From NCBI GenBank assembly GCA_963777605.1, contig CAVZRV010000028.1:160001-224000 (forward strand): a DNA stretch of 64,000 bases, in the 5' to 3' direction. Origin of the DNA: an uncultured Acidobacteriota bacterium (GTDB lineage Bacteria > Acidobacteriota > UBA6911 > RPQK01 > JAPXNP01). This document shows positions 54,026 through 64,000 of this stretch, piece after piece. Positions within the stretch are counted from its first letter, which is position 1, and each line of letters begins with the position of its first letter. A model generated the notes under the pieces. It was given only the letters and a program-made list of their open reading frames with translations, was not told where the DNA came from and did no database searches. The position numbers were made by a program, and so were the translations under genes.

Positions 54026-54066
54026 GTCTGTTCGAAGCTGCACAGATACCTGGTCAATATTGATCA
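54026..54066 (-). promoter_or_regulatory. Tandem CRP-like motif, copy 9
   Basis: Minus strand TGATCaatatTGACCaggtatcTGTGCagcttCGAACAGAC; CAGACA-N17-TAAAAA. Confidence 0.75.
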
Positions 54067-54107
54067 GCAGGGGGCGGCTTGGCAGGCCCGGGACGGAGAC
54101 CGGAGCT

Positions 54108-55583
54108 TCAGGTCACTCGCTTGAAGTCGATGAATCCGCGTTCCACATCCGTGCGGAGCAGTTGAACGCGGAGCTGGTGCCCGACATCCATTCCGTCAAA
54201 CCCGTTCACCAGCTTTCCTTCAATCGGCGGCTGCAGAAGACGGACCCAGGTGCCTTTGTCCGATGCGCCCGTGACGATGGCATCGAAGCGCTCCCCGATT
54301 CTTGATTCCACCAGTATTGCTGCTGCGGATTTTGTGACCTGTCGTTCAACCTTTTTGGCCACGTCTTCCTCCGCGGTGCAGTGCTTTGCGAGCCCTTCCA
54401 GTTCATCGTTCTCGTAAGGCGCGGGCCGTCCCGCCAATGCCGCTTTCAGCAACCGTTGTGTAATCAGATCGGGGTAGCGGCGGTTCGGGGCGGTGGAGTG
54501 AGTATAGTCCTTCACAGCCAGGCCGAAGTGCCCGGCTGCACTGGTTCCAGGAACGTGGACAATATACTCACCCGGGCCCAGCAATTTGACAACACTGAGC
54601 GATAGGTCGGGAAAGCGGAGAGGATCCCCGGCTTTCGCAGCCACCAGGAATTGCTCCAAGGCCATGGCGGAGGGTTCCCCGGGCAACGTCGAGCCCCGTT
54701 CCGCGGCAAGTTCGATGATCCGGTCCCAGCGTTTAGGTGTGCGCACCACGCGCCGCAGGGATGGAAACGTCCTGGATTCGAGGTATCGTGCCGTGACCCC
54801 ATTCGCGGCAATCATGAAGTCCTCAATGATATCCTTCGCCCGGTTCCGCTCGTCGGCTGCCAGGTCCTTGAGTTTCTCCCCTACAAAGACCGGGCGGGCT
54901 TCGATTGTTTCGAGATTAAGCGCACCGTGGAGGTGGCGGAGCGCTTTGAGACGGTGCGCGAGACGGTCCTGAAGCCGAAGGTTCTCCTCGAGGCCCTGGA
55001 CGGCACCGATCTCTCCGGGCATCGGCCCGTGGTCCTCGATCCATGCGGCAACGCTGTTATACGCAAGCTTCGCATGATTGCGGACCGTCGCTCGATAGAC
55101 GTCTGAACTCTGAAGTGATCCGTCTCCGGAGAGAACCATTTCAATCACGATGGCCAGCCGGTCTGATTCGTAGTTCAGTGAAGTCAGATCCGTGGAGAGC
55201 TTTTCGGGGAGCATCGGGAATGTCTCGGCAACCGTGTAGACTGAGGTGGTATTTTGCCGCGCATGATCGTCAATTGCTGATCGATTCTTGACGATGGCAT
55301 CGACGTCGGCAACGGCGACCAGGATTTTTGCGGCTCCGTTGGCCATCGATTCGGCAAAGGTCAGTTGATCCAGATCACGCGAGTCATCGTTGTCGATGGA
55401 ACACCACAGCAGCTCTCTCAGATCGCGCGTCGATTTCCCGGTTTGCGCCGCCGGTCCGTCGATTTTGTCGAGTTCGGCAAGCGCCGCCGCGGAAAAATCA
55501 GGAGCAAGTCCTTTTTCGAGCATCACCCGATGGGCAATTCTCTGCAGGGTCGAGCGCTGCTGTCCATGGTTCGAGTTCGTCAT
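54108..55583 (-). CDS. RNB-domain (RNase II/R family) ribonuclease
   Basis: SIDNDDSRDLDQ, IEDFMIAAN, HFGLA..YTHSTAPNRRYPD. Confidence 0.92.
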   Translation of the reverse strand: MTNSNHGQQRSTLQRIAHRVMLEKGLAPDFSAAALAELDKIDGPAAQTGKSTRDLRELLWCSIDNDDSRDLDQLTFAESMANGAAKILVAVADVDAIVKNRSAIDDHARQNTTSVYTVAETFPMLPEKLSTDLTSLNYESDRLAIVIEMVLSGDGSLQSSDVYRATVRNHAKLAYNSVAAWIEDHGPMPGEIGAVQGLEENLRLQDRLAHRLKALRHLHGALNLETIEARPVFVGEKLKDLAADERNRAKDIIEDFMIAANGVTARYLESRTFPSLRRVVRTPKRWDRIIELAAERGSTLPGEPSAMALEQFLVAAKAGDPLRFPDLSLSVVKLLGPGEYIVHVPGTSAAGHFGLAVKDYTHSTAPNRRYPDLITQRLLKAALAGRPAPYENDELEGLAKHCTAEEDVAKKVERQVTKSAAAILVESRIGERFDAIVTGASDKGTWVRLLQPPIEGKLVNGFDGMDVGHQLRVQLLRTDVERGFIDFKRVT

Positions 55584-55625
55584 ATCGCTAGCTCCGCTCC
55601 GGAACGGGAGATTTCTCCCGTGCTG

Positions 55626-55666
55626 TTCATTTCAGAAAGGGACAGCGCTCTGGTCAAAACTGCTCA
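55626..55666 (-). promoter_or_regulatory. Tandem CRP-like motif, copy 10 (degenerate proximal half)
   Basis: Minus strand TGAGCagtttTGACCagagcgcTGTCCctttcTGAAATGAA. Confidence 0.55.
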
Positions 55667-56482
55667 GGTCGGTCGTGGGACGAATGTGGCGGTCAGCGGA
55701 AGGTCGCTGACGGATGAATCGGTGCCGGGAGCGATCCCGGCCTTCGGGGTCTCCGCCACCCCCTTTCGGCAGGAGGCCACAACGGGTTCGGAGATCCGAT
55801 ATTCCACGTTCTGCGAGTGCATCGTGTAGGGGCCGAGTACCCGGACCGTGGCCGTTACTTCCATATTTGTCTGCAGCCACATGCCGCTCACGTCGCCGTA
55901 GAGGAGCGTGATGCGCACGTCCCGGAGCCACCATGAGGGAGACTTGGCAGGCTCGGCCCGGATGCGACCGGGCAGGTAGGTAGCGGCATCGATCCAGATG
56001 TTTCCTCGGAGCAGGCTCTTGTCCTCCCGTCGCGGCAGCAACTCGAGTTCGTAGTAGCGCCGGCCGCCTACATCTGCTTCACGGATAAATCTGAAATCGT
56101 AATTGTTTGCCGAAAAGTCGGTCAGGGCGTAATCCTTTGAGATATTGACTTCGCCTGCGAGAGTGCGGCGAACGATGCTCTTCCCCAGGAGCGAGCCGTC
56201 CGCCCTCCGGATGGCGTACTGCTTGGTGTCCGGGGGAGTAAACGTCACATCGGCAATGACCTGGGCCTTGGATTTCTCTTTGTCCCGGCCAAACAGCCGG
56301 TAGTCGCGCGTAACGGCGTAGGGGCGAAAACAGGCCTGGTTCCCAGCCCGAGCCTCGGCCATTCGGGCGATGATGGTATCGACGCTGGGGATCGCGCTGC
56401 CCGCTTGGGCCGAAACGTCACCCCCGATGACGGCAACCAGGAGGGAACAAAGGATCCAGAATGTGCTTCGCCGCATAGTCAT
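55664..56482 (-). CDS. Secreted hypothetical protein (LolA/MucB-like fold suspected)
   Basis: Signal peptide; NYDFRF, YELELLPR, RGNIWIDA. Confidence 0.7.
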   Translation of the reverse strand: MTMRRSTFWILCSLLVAVIGGDVSAQAGSAIPSVDTIIARMAEARAGNQACFRPYAVTRDYRLFGRDKEKSKAQVIADVTFTPPDTKQYAIRRADGSLLGKSIVRRTLAGEVNISKDYALTDFSANNYDFRFIREADVGGRRYYELELLPRREDKSLLRGNIWIDAATYLPGRIRAEPAKSPSWWLRDVRITLLYGDVSGMWLQTNMEVTATVRVLGPYTMHSQNVEYRISEPVVASCRKGVAETPKAGIAPGTDSSVSDLPLTATFVPRPT

Positions 56483-56509
56483 TGCCTCTAAGCCTTTCTC
56501 ACGCTCGCT

Positions 56510-57281
56510 TCAACGGGAATCCTTCTTGGCAGTTGGCTCATCGACCCAGTATTCCTGGCGATCGTAGTGTCGATGCAGCCTGGTCTCGTAATCCCGATCC
56601 AGCAGAGTCTCCTCCGTGTATTCGGGCGACTGCTTGATGCTCTCACCCGAGAGATTGACGAAGACTGTCGACTCGGCCCAACTCAAGCTCTCGATCCATT
56701 GGGGTGAAATCAGAACCTTCTTCCCCGACCACCAGTTCCGTGTGTTGATGATGAGATAACGAATCGACCACGCCTCGTCATCGATGATGAAATCCTCGAC
56801 GTGACCAATCTCGCCGTCTGTAGCTTGAACGTCGTAGTCACTCACCTCGTGAGTGCTCCGCAAATGGGGATCCCATGACTTCTCGCTTTGAGTGCATGCG
56901 CTCCACTTTTCACGGTCACGCACAATGTTGGGAAAGGGTCCCCACACGTATGAGCCGCCCCAGTACGCCGGGTATCCATAAAACCCGTAGTAGGCTCTCT
57001 CGAATTGCTCCGATACGGGCTTGTCACTGCTCAAGGAAGGACTGTCCTCAATCTGTTTCTTGGTCAAATCGATATCTATGTGTTGCCTTATCCTGACTCA
57101 CGGCAGTCAATGCATACGGGGAAATCAGAACCTGCTTGCCGGTGAGCCAATTGCCTGTGTCGCCAACCAGATAGCGAATCGTCCAGTACTGATCATCGAA
57201 GTAGAACTCCTGGATTTTCCCGATTTCCCCATCAAGGCTGTGCAATGTGTAACCTCGTAGCACCTTCGCTTTGTTCAACAT
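56510..57281 (-). CDS. Tandem PRC-barrel domain protein (frameshift near 57085)
   Basis: Two DGEIG.....F..DD..W.IRYL...TxNW..GK.VLISP repeats split across two frames. Confidence 0.85.
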
Positions 57282-57369
57282 CTTAGGCTTTCCCTCATCT
57301 TGCGTTTCCGTGTCGCCATCCGTCACAATCGTTGCCCACTTGTGAATCATCGCTCATGCGACGAGGCCT

Positions 57370-57410
57370 GTCTGTTCAGTACCGATCACTGTTTTGGTCA
57401 ATTGTGACCA
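57370..57410 (-). promoter_or_regulatory. Tandem CRP-like motif, copy 11
   Basis: Minus strand TGGTCacaatTGACCaaaacagTGATCggtacTGAACAGAC. Confidence 0.7.
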
Positions 57411-57473
57411 GCGGGAAGGTCAGCATGATCACCGCCCGCCGGACAGAGGACTTGGAGTTGATCCACGAAGGTA

Positions 57474-57848
57474 TCAGCCGGGATTCCCTTCGATGCTCTC
57501 GGGGGATGAAGTTTCCACTATTCTGGCCTGGGTGCCCGAATCACCGGTTCTGATGGCAACTTTCACTGCATCTTCCATCGGATCTTTGAAGGGCACTTCG
57601 ATTCGGAGCAGGCCGTGTTCATAGGTCGCTTCGGCTTTGACAGGTTTCACCGGCCAACCTAAAGCCAGAGCTGCCACATACTCGACGTCCCTTGCCGGCG
57701 CCGTGAGATGGATGCTGTCTTCCAGGATCTTCACGTCGACGGTGTCCGTAGGGGCTCCCGGGATGGCGAACTCTACGACCAGTTTGTGGTTCTCCGCGTC
57801 TGCATACGCGACCGTATTCGGTGCAACCTTGATTCGATATTTCGACAT
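57474..57848 (-). CDS. Hsp20/alpha-crystallin small heat-shock protein
   Basis: VEFAIPG, AEATYEHGLLRIEVP; GGAGG RBS. Confidence 0.8.
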   Translation of the reverse strand: MSKYRIKVAPNTVAYADAENHKLVVEFAIPGAPTDTVDVKILEDSIHLTAPARDVEYVAALALGWPVKPVKAEATYEHGLLRIEVPFKDPMEDAVKVAIRTGDSGTQARIVETSSPESIEGNPG

Positions 57849-57969
57849 TTTGAATATCCTCCCGTGCGCGCAGAAACCGACGTCTGACTTGACCGCCGAT
57901 TTGACTGCCAGACGCAGTTTCATTCAGTTTACGCTTGCCCGATTCAGTATCGACGACCATCGGGAAAGG

Positions 57970-58010
57970 TTAAGTGCACAATGGCACATCTGACTGTGCA
58001 CAATTGCACA
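57970..58010 (-). promoter_or_regulatory. Tandem CRP-like motif, copy 12 (TGTGC variant)
   Basis: Minus strand TGTGCaattgTGCACagtcagaTGTGCcattgTGCACTTAA; same 22-bp period. Confidence 0.6.
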
Positions 58011-58097
58011 CCATCGTTTAGGCGTGGGTCAGGGGGAAGCGGACGAACGGCGACGAGCCCATCTATGTTCAGCTCAGCGCTGCCGCCGCGCCCTCCG

Positions 58098-58613
58098 CGG
58101 ATCATCCAGAGAGTGAAACTGGCCCGGGCGCCTTGGTTTCAGCCCAGGCCTGCCCTCGGCTGGCGCCGGACCATTCAAAGAGGCCTGAAAGTCGCGGCGA
58201 ATCATAACGCCGGAGAGCTGTGCCGCCCTATCAGGGCTGGATTCTTGATGGGTGGCCGGAATCCAGGCAAAGCCGGGCGGAAACAGGCCCCCTGGGGCCA
58301 ATCCGGCGCCAAGCCGGCAATCATCACTCATCCACGTCTGGCACCTGACCAGGAACCAGGATCCAGCCGATAATCGCAGTCCCTGGCTCTCGCGGATCGC
58401 CTAATCCCAGCAGACCCGTCAAATCACAGGATTTCCAACTGATTGAAATGAAGTTTCAGTTCCGCCGGGCCCCGGGCGGCGCCGGACCGTTCCAGAGGCG
58501 AAATGGGTCCGCAACCCGGGGCGCGGCTTCGCCTTACCCCCGCTCTGTGACGTGCCATTCCACGTTTCAAATGGACCCAGGGTCCAAGCTTCAAATGAAG
58601 TTTCAGGTCAGCC
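58098..58613 (-). repeat. Modular REP-like repeat, locus 3 (R end-S2-R-S1-R start)
   Basis: Reverse-complement homology to both segments of locus 1, in swapped order; central R at 58449-58506. Confidence 0.85.
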
Positions 58614-58616
58614 TGC

Positions 58617-61241
58617 TCATTTGGGGGGCTCATCCTGGCGAATCTCGCGCTCCGCCTGATTCCAGTCCTGAATCGATCTTCCGTCCTCGCGGCCCCGCTG
58701 CTCGAACAGTTCATAAGCTCGCTCGGAGATCTGCGTTGTTGCATCGACAGGCTTTTTGACCGAGAGGGGTGCGGCCGTCGGATCGAAGACCCGATACGCG
58801 AGCAGCTTTATACGGTCATTCACGAGGAACCAGGCCAGAGCGTAGCCCCAAACGAACAATGCCCAGCCCCAGCCGAGGGGTGTCATGAACAGGCCATAAA
58901 CTGCTATCAACGTCGCCACGATTTGGGTGCCGAGCACCGCTACCCAGAGGATCCGCGCGGGTCGGATGGACCAGAACGGGCCGCGCGTACGGGTCAGGAA
59001 AATCGTCAGATGCCCGGCCACGGACAGCTTCAGGTACATCAGCGTCTGGATGTGCACGCGGTCGAGGTGAAATACGCGCTCGCCAAGATAAAACAGGCCA
59101 AAGGCGGCGACGACCCCGATGACGCCCAGCACCGAGGAAATCCCGAGCACCATGCGCATGTTCCAGGCCTCGGGCTCATCCTTGTAATGAACGTTGTCAT
59201 AGGCGATGGACAGGATGGCGCCGTCGTTGAGCAACGCCAACATCACGATCATCACTGCGGTCACCGGATAGAAGTTGAAGATCAGGATCGCCAGCGTCAT
59301 GAAGAACAGCACCCGCAAAGTCTCGGCGATGCGGTAGATCGCGTAGCTGTTCATTCGTTGGAAAATTCTCCGGCTTTCCTTAATAGCGTCAATAATTACC
59401 GACAGCCCGGGCGTCGTCAGCACGATGGAAGCCGCCGCACGCGCCGCATCCGTCGCGGCCGAAACGGCGATGCCGCAGTCGGCTTTCTTCAGCGCGGGGG
59501 CGTCGTTCACGCCGTCTCCCGTCATGCCGACGATGTGGTGGCGTTTTTGCAGGACATCGACAATGTGGAACTTGTGTTCGGGGAAGACCTGCGCGAAGCC
59601 GTCGGCCTTCTCGATAGACTCGGACACCGCTGTCGTCTCTTGCTTCTTTGAGTCGCCCAGGCTGCCGGCATCGAGGATATTCGTGCCCATGCCCAGCTTC
59701 TTGGCAGTTTCCAGTGCAATGGCCAGGGCATCGCCCGTAACCATCTTGATCTTCACGCCCATCTGGCGCGCGGTCGCGATGGTGGCCTTGGCATCTTCCC
59801 GTGGCGGATCGAACAGGGGCAACACGCCAACAAACTGCCACTGGCCCTCTCCCTCGTCCCGCGCCACGCCCAACGAACGAAAGCCGCGCGCGGCGAATTC
59901 GTTGACGGCTTTATCGACAGCCGGCTTCACCTGCCCGGCATTGGCCGACAACTCCAAAATGACCTGCGGCGCGCCCTTCGTCACCTTGAACTTCTTCCCG
60001 TCTTTGGTTTTGACGGTGGCCTCGGTCCGTTTATGCACCGGATCGAACGGCTGAAAATGGAGCACCTCATAGGCCTTTATCGATTCCTTGTCTTTCAGTC
60101 CGCCCAGGACAGCCAGATCGATGGTGTCGTTATTGTCCGCACGCGACGCCAGGGCACCATTGAGGATCACCTGATCGGCGGGGACATTGTTTAAGCTGAA
60201 CGGGTCGCCCAGCGTCAGCTTGTTCTGGGTCAGGGTGCCGGTCTTGTCTGCGCACAACATGTCCACGCCCGCCAATTCTTCGATGGCAACCAACTTGCTC
60301 ACGATCGCCTTTTTCCTGGCGAGCAGGCGTGCGCCGACCGCCATCGTTACCGACAGCACTGTGGGCATCGCCACGGGGATCGCGGCTACGGTAAGCACCA
60401 GGGCAAACTGCAAGGTGGTGAGGATCGGGTCACCCCGAAAGATCGCGACGGCAATGATCACCGCCACCAGGGCCACTGCAAGGACGATCAGATAATTGCC
60501 GATCTTCAACACGGCCTTTTGAAAGTGGCTGACGGTGTGCGCATCCTGAACCAGTTGCGCCGTTTTGCCGAAGTAGGTGTTCCCACCCGTGGCGTAGACC
60601 AGTGCGCCGATCTCACCTTGACGAATGATCGAGCCGGAAAAGACCGCCTCACCCGGCTTGCGCGTTACGGGTAATGACTCTCCTGTCAATGCGGACTGAT
60701 CCACTTCCAGCGGGTCGCCCTCCAGCAATCGTGCATCGGCCGGCACGATGTCGCCCAGGCGCAGGCGAATGATGTCGCCCGGGACCAACTCGCGCGCCGC
60801 CGGGGTGATCCACTTCCCATCACGTTTCACCCGGGCCTTGATCGCCAGCGAGGACTTCAACTCGGCGATCGCGTTGCCTGCCTGGTGTTCTTCCCAGAAT
60901 CCGACCACGCCGTTGGCCAGAAGCAGAAGGAGGATGATGGCAAAGTCAGGCCAGTGCCGGGCCACCGCCGAAAGGATCACGGCCGCTTCGATCATCCACG
61001 GGATCGGACCCCAAAAATAGGTGAGGAATTTCAGGAAGGGACTGGTCTTCTTGTCTTCAATTTCGTTAGGGCCGTATTGGGTCAGCCTTTTCTGCGCCTC
61101 GGCTTGACTGAGGCCCTCCGGCGACGATCCCAATTTTGCCTGCAGTTCCGGCATGGGAAGGGATTTCAGCTCATCCTTCGCATTGGGTTTCGATTTCGTC
61201 CCCGATTCTGGAGATTTGGGCTCGGCGGCATGGGGTTTCAT
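58617..61241 (-). CDS. Plasma-membrane proton-efflux P-type ATPase (P3A) with C-terminal DUF2934-like domain
   Basis: FWGPIPWMIE, TGES, IPVAMP, DKTGTLT, KGAP, GDGVNDAP, LNDG; tail ISERAYELFEQRGREDG...DWNQAEREI. Confidence 0.93.
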   Translation of the reverse strand: MKPHAAEPKSPESGTKSKPNAKDELKSLPMPELQAKLGSSPEGLSQAEAQKRLTQYGPNEIEDKKTSPFLKFLTYFWGPIPWMIEAAVILSAVARHWPDFAIILLLLLANGVVGFWEEHQAGNAIAELKSSLAIKARVKRDGKWITPAARELVPGDIIRLRLGDIVPADARLLEGDPLEVDQSALTGESLPVTRKPGEAVFSGSIIRQGEIGALVYATGGNTYFGKTAQLVQDAHTVSHFQKAVLKIGNYLIVLAVALVAVIIAVAIFRGDPILTTLQFALVLTVAAIPVAMPTVLSVTMAVGARLLARKKAIVSKLVAIEELAGVDMLCADKTGTLTQNKLTLGDPFSLNNVPADQVILNGALASRADNNDTIDLAVLGGLKDKESIKAYEVLHFQPFDPVHKRTEATVKTKDGKKFKVTKGAPQVILELSANAGQVKPAVDKAVNEFAARGFRSLGVARDEGEGQWQFVGVLPLFDPPREDAKATIATARQMGVKIKMVTGDALAIALETAKKLGMGTNILDAGSLGDSKKQETTAVSESIEKADGFAQVFPEHKFHIVDVLQKRHHIVGMTGDGVNDAPALKKADCGIAVSAATDAARAAASIVLTTPGLSVIIDAIKESRRIFQRMNSYAIYRIAETLRVLFFMTLAILIFNFYPVTAVMIVMLALLNDGAILSIAYDNVHYKDEPEAWNMRMVLGISSVLGVIGVVAAFGLFYLGERVFHLDRVHIQTLMYLKLSVAGHLTIFLTRTRGPFWSIRPARILWVAVLGTQIVATLIAVYGLFMTPLGWGWALFVWGYALAWFLVNDRIKLLAYRVFDPTAAPLSVKKPVDATTQISERAYELFEQRGREDGRSIQDWNQAEREIRQDEPPK

Positions 61242-61259
61242 AATGGATATTCCTCCCGT

Positions 61260-61575
61260 CAATGACCATAACGGTGACGCTGCGCTCGATGGCGAAGGCA
61301 AAATCCCTGCTCATCAGAGTCAGCCAGAGAAGGAAGGTGATCGCACCACTACCGAGGGCAATGATGGTCAGCCACATCGCCGCGGTGTTCGCCAGATTCT
61401 GGGTCTTTGATTTGCTTTGCTGAGCCTGCTTGACCAGGTCGATGACCTGCGACAGAAACGAATCCTTGCCAGTGCCTTTGACCTCGATGGTCAGCGAGCC
61501 TTCGCCGTTGATGGAGCCGCCGATGACCTTCCCGCCGGTCTTCTTGGTGACCGGGGTTGATTCCCCGGTGAGCAA
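61260..61575 (-). pseudogene. Internal remnant of a heavy-metal (Cu) P1B-type ATPase
   Basis: LTGESTPVTKK.G..VIGGSINGEG...FAIERSVTVMVI, ending just before the expected CPH/CPC motif. Confidence 0.75.
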
Positions 61576-61609
61576 TCTTGGCCAGTCGTGTGAGCCGGAT
61601 TGGACTGAC
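61569..61609 (+). promoter_or_regulatory. Tandem CRP-like motif, copy 13
   Basis: TGAGCaatctTGGCCagtcgtgTGAGCcggatTGGACTGAC; CTGACT-N17-TACAAG. Confidence 0.75.
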
Positions 61610-61729
61610 TCAATTTCTCCAGGGGAGTACAAGGGATATGCACCTCCAGAGGACACGGAAGAGATGAACCGATTACTTTGATCGGAATTTTGTTGGCCGA
61701 TCCGGAGCGTGCTTTGGGGGGAGGATGAG

Positions 61730-62275
61730 ATGAGAAGGTTCCTGGCGACATCGGCTTGTGTGGTTTTCCTGGGCGTCCTGGTTCTTGGCACGGGCCTCGC
61801 CCTGCAGCCTGACACTGGAGACAGGAAGCTGGATTCCTTGCTCGACACGATCAACAAGGGGGCCTTGACCGATCCCGGGGGGTTTCTCGAACTGCTCAGT
61901 CTGACATTCAACATTCCCGAAGAAAAACTCCAGACAGAGTGGGAACAACACGGCCTCGAAGCGGGAGACTGGTACCTGGCCACGGCTCTGGGCAGCAGAA
62001 CTCGTCGGCCCGTCGGGGATATCGCGACCGAATACAGGCAGAACCAGGGCAAGGGTTGGGGTGTGACGGCGATGAGCATGGGGATCAAGCCCGGCTCGCC
62101 GGAATTCAAGGAATTGAAGCGTGACGCCGGCGGCTTCGTGGACCAGATGAAGGCTAAGGCTAAGTCAAAGAAGCAGCACGAGAAGGCACTCGAAAAACAG
62201 CACAGACAGCAGAACAAGGGTAAGCCCGAGGGCAAAGGCCAAGGGACGCGCAACAAAGGCCAGGTTTCCACCTAA
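61730..62275 (+). CDS. Secreted hypothetical protein with GKGWG motif and Lys/Gln/Gly-rich tail
   Basis: GGAGG RBS, signal peptide, NQGKGWGVTAMSMGIKPGSPEF. Confidence 0.75.
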   Translation: MRRFLATSACVVFLGVLVLGTGLALQPDTGDRKLDSLLDTINKGALTDPGGFLELLSLTFNIPEEKLQTEWEQHGLEAGDWYLATALGSRTRRPVGDIATEYRQNQGKGWGVTAMSMGIKPGSPEFKELKRDAGGFVDQMKAKAKSKKQHEKALEKQHRQQNKGKPEGKGQGTRNKGQVST

Positions 62276-62368
62276 TCGTGGAGCATGTATTCATGATTGA
62301 CGATAAAGATCCCGGTGATGGTGTCGATAAAGGATTCCAATAAAGTACGCGTCCGGAAAGCGGGTAAT

Positions 62369-64000
62369 ATGGGCAAACTTCACCAGAAATCTCCGGCAGG
62401 AGCAACCGGCATGCCGGATGCGGCTCGAGGCATCACCGAGCAAGAGCCGGCTGCGGAGGCCCTGCGCGAGAGCGAGAAGAGGTTCCGCGCGCTCTTCGAT
62501 AGCAGTCCCGACGCAGTGTTATTTACGATCCCAGACGGCCAAGTCCTTGCGGCCAACCCGGCGGCGTGTGCGATGTTTGGGATGTCGGAGGAAGAGATCT
62601 GCCGAGTGGGTCGTCAAGGACTCAGTGACCCGGATGATTCGCGGTTTCCCGCCCTGCTCCTGGAACGCAGGCGCACGGGCCGGATCACAAAGGCCGAACT
62701 CAGCTTCGTCCGCAAGAACGGCGAGCAATTCCCCGCCGAAGTGGACTCCGTCGTTCTGCCGGGGGATCCGCCTCGCTCCTTCGTGATCATGCGCGACATC
62801 ACCAGGCGCCTGAAAACGGAAGGAGAATTCCGTGATATCAACGGACGCCTTCGCCTGGCCACGGCATCCGCAAAGGCTGGGGTTTGGGACTGGAATCTGC
62901 AGACCGACAAAATGATCTGGAATGACCGGATGTTCGAACTTTACGGCATCTCTCAATCGAATTTTTCAGGAACGGTTGAAGCATGGAAGCAGGGGCTGCA
63001 CCCTGAGGATTCTTCCAGGGCAATCCAGGATTGCCAGGCAGCCTTAAATGGAGAACGGGATTTTGACACGGAATTCCGGCTCCGGCGTCCTGACGGATCA
63101 GCCATCCACATCAAAGCGAACGGGCTCGTTGTTCATGATGAGGCCGGGAATCCTCTCCGCATGATCGGTTTAAATACTGATATCACAGAGCGCAAGCAGG
63201 CTGAGGAGGCGCTATTAGAATCCAGCCGGTTGAACCGACAAATCATCGACAGCGTACACGAGGGGATCATTGTATACGGAACGGATCTGCGCTACCAAGT
63301 CTGGAACCCGTTCATGGAGGAACTATTCGGTCTCAAGTCGAACGAGGTGCTTGGAAAGCAGCCGCTGAAGGTCTTTCCATTCATGAAAGAGACGGGCGTC
63401 ATCGAACAGCTGGAACGAGCTTTGTCCGGAGAGATTCCCGACGGGGTCGAGTATCGGTACGCCCTAAATGGCAACACCGGCTGGGTGTTCGATAAGAGTT
63501 CCCCGCTTCGCAATGACGCCGGCGAAATCATCGGCGTTATCGCTTCGGTGCAGGAAATCACGCAGCGTAAGGTGGTAGAGGAAACGCGGTCCTTCCTGCT
63601 TCGGTGTGGCACAACGGCTAAGGATGAGGATTTCTTCGCGTTGCTGGCGGGCTACCTGGCGAAAACGCTCGGAATGGAATATGTCTGTATCGATCATCTC
63701 GAAAACGACGGCCTGACCGCCCAGACCGTAGCTGTCTACAATGCGGGTCAGCTCGAACCGAATGTGCGGTATGCCCTCAAAGACACGCCTTGCGGCGAAG
63801 TCGTGGACAAGGCTGTCTGTTGCTATCCACGAGGAGTGCGCCAATCTTTTCCGCGGGACGCGGCGCTTCATGAACTCATGGCCGAGAGCTATGTCGGCGC
63901 GATCCTCTGGGACTCCCAAAAGCGACCTATCGGCTTGATCGCCGTCATTGGAAATCATGAGCTCAAAGATCCAAAACTGCCTGAGTTGCTACTGCAATTA
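62369..64000 (+). CDS. Multi-PAS (three PAS/PAC) plus GAF sensor protein, runs off the window end
   Basis: Open frame from ATG 62369: ESEKRFRALFDSSPDA, AGVWDWNL...WNDRMFELYG, DITERKQAEEAL, DTPCGEVV. Confidence 0.9.
   Translation, partial: MGKLHQKSPAGATGMPDAARGITEQEPAAEALRESEKRFRALFDSSPDAVLFTIPDGQVLAANPAACAMFGMSEEEICRVGRQGLSDPDDSRFPALLLERRRTGRITKAELSFVRKNGEQFPAEVDSVVLPGDPPRSFVIMRDITRRLKTEGEFRDINGRLRLATASAKAGVWDWNLQTDKMIWNDRMFELYGISQSNFSGTVEAWKQGLHPEDSSRAIQDCQAALNGERDFDTEFRLRRPDGSAIHIKANGLVVHDEAGNPLRMIGLNTDITERKQAEEALLESSRLNRQIIDSVHEGIIVYGTDLRYQVWNPFMEELFGLKSNEVLGKQPLKVFPFMKETGVIEQLERALSGEIPDGVEYRYALNGNTGWVFDKSSPLRNDAGEIIGVIASVQEITQRKVVEETRSFLLRCGTTAKDEDFFALLAGYLAKTLGMEYVCIDHLENDGLTAQTVAVYNAGQLEPNVRYALKDTPCGEVVDKAVCCYPRGVRQSFPRDAALHELMAESYVGAILWDSQKRPIGLIAVIGNHELKDPKLPELLLQL

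Noticed and set aside
61171-62271. 366-aa minus-strand ORF as a real gene
   Set aside because: Chimera of the antisense of the 61730-62275 gene and the Cu-ATPase remnant

Overview
GC-rich (about 60%) bacterial DNA, most likely Acidobacteriota (inferred from the gene families: acidobacterial VWA protein, OmpA type, LPXTA/sortase D). Most of the window is a partly decayed stress/dormancy and energy island. It holds a glycogen -> pentose phosphate -> phosphoketolase -> acetate cluster (zwf, HAD, tal, pgm, glgP, sugar porter, GH39, glycoamylase-family, ackA, xfp), envelope genes (M48, Ysc84/SYLF, class A PBP, OmpA, LPQTA protein + VWA + class D sortase), a Crp/Fnr regulator, dodecin, a complete N-ATPase operon with an HPF/RaiA gene between atpA and atpG, CsbD/PRC/Hsp20/RNB genes and a P3A H+-ATPase. 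Three signals go beyond gene annotation. (1) A 41-bp tandem CRP-like operator/promoter motif (TGAGC-N5-TGACC-N7-TGAGC-N5-TGAAC-TGAC) occurs 13 times, 12 of them upstream of a co-oriented gene, with class II CRP geometry. (2) A 3,311-bp IS21-family element splits pgm and carries a third, translationally coupled gene resembling a wHTH/DnaD-like replication initiator. (3) A modular REP-like repeat occurs at three loci with its modules in permuted order. Many single-base frameshifts may be assembly errors, but several gene remnants show real deletions. All protein calls come from motif recognition only; no database searches were run.
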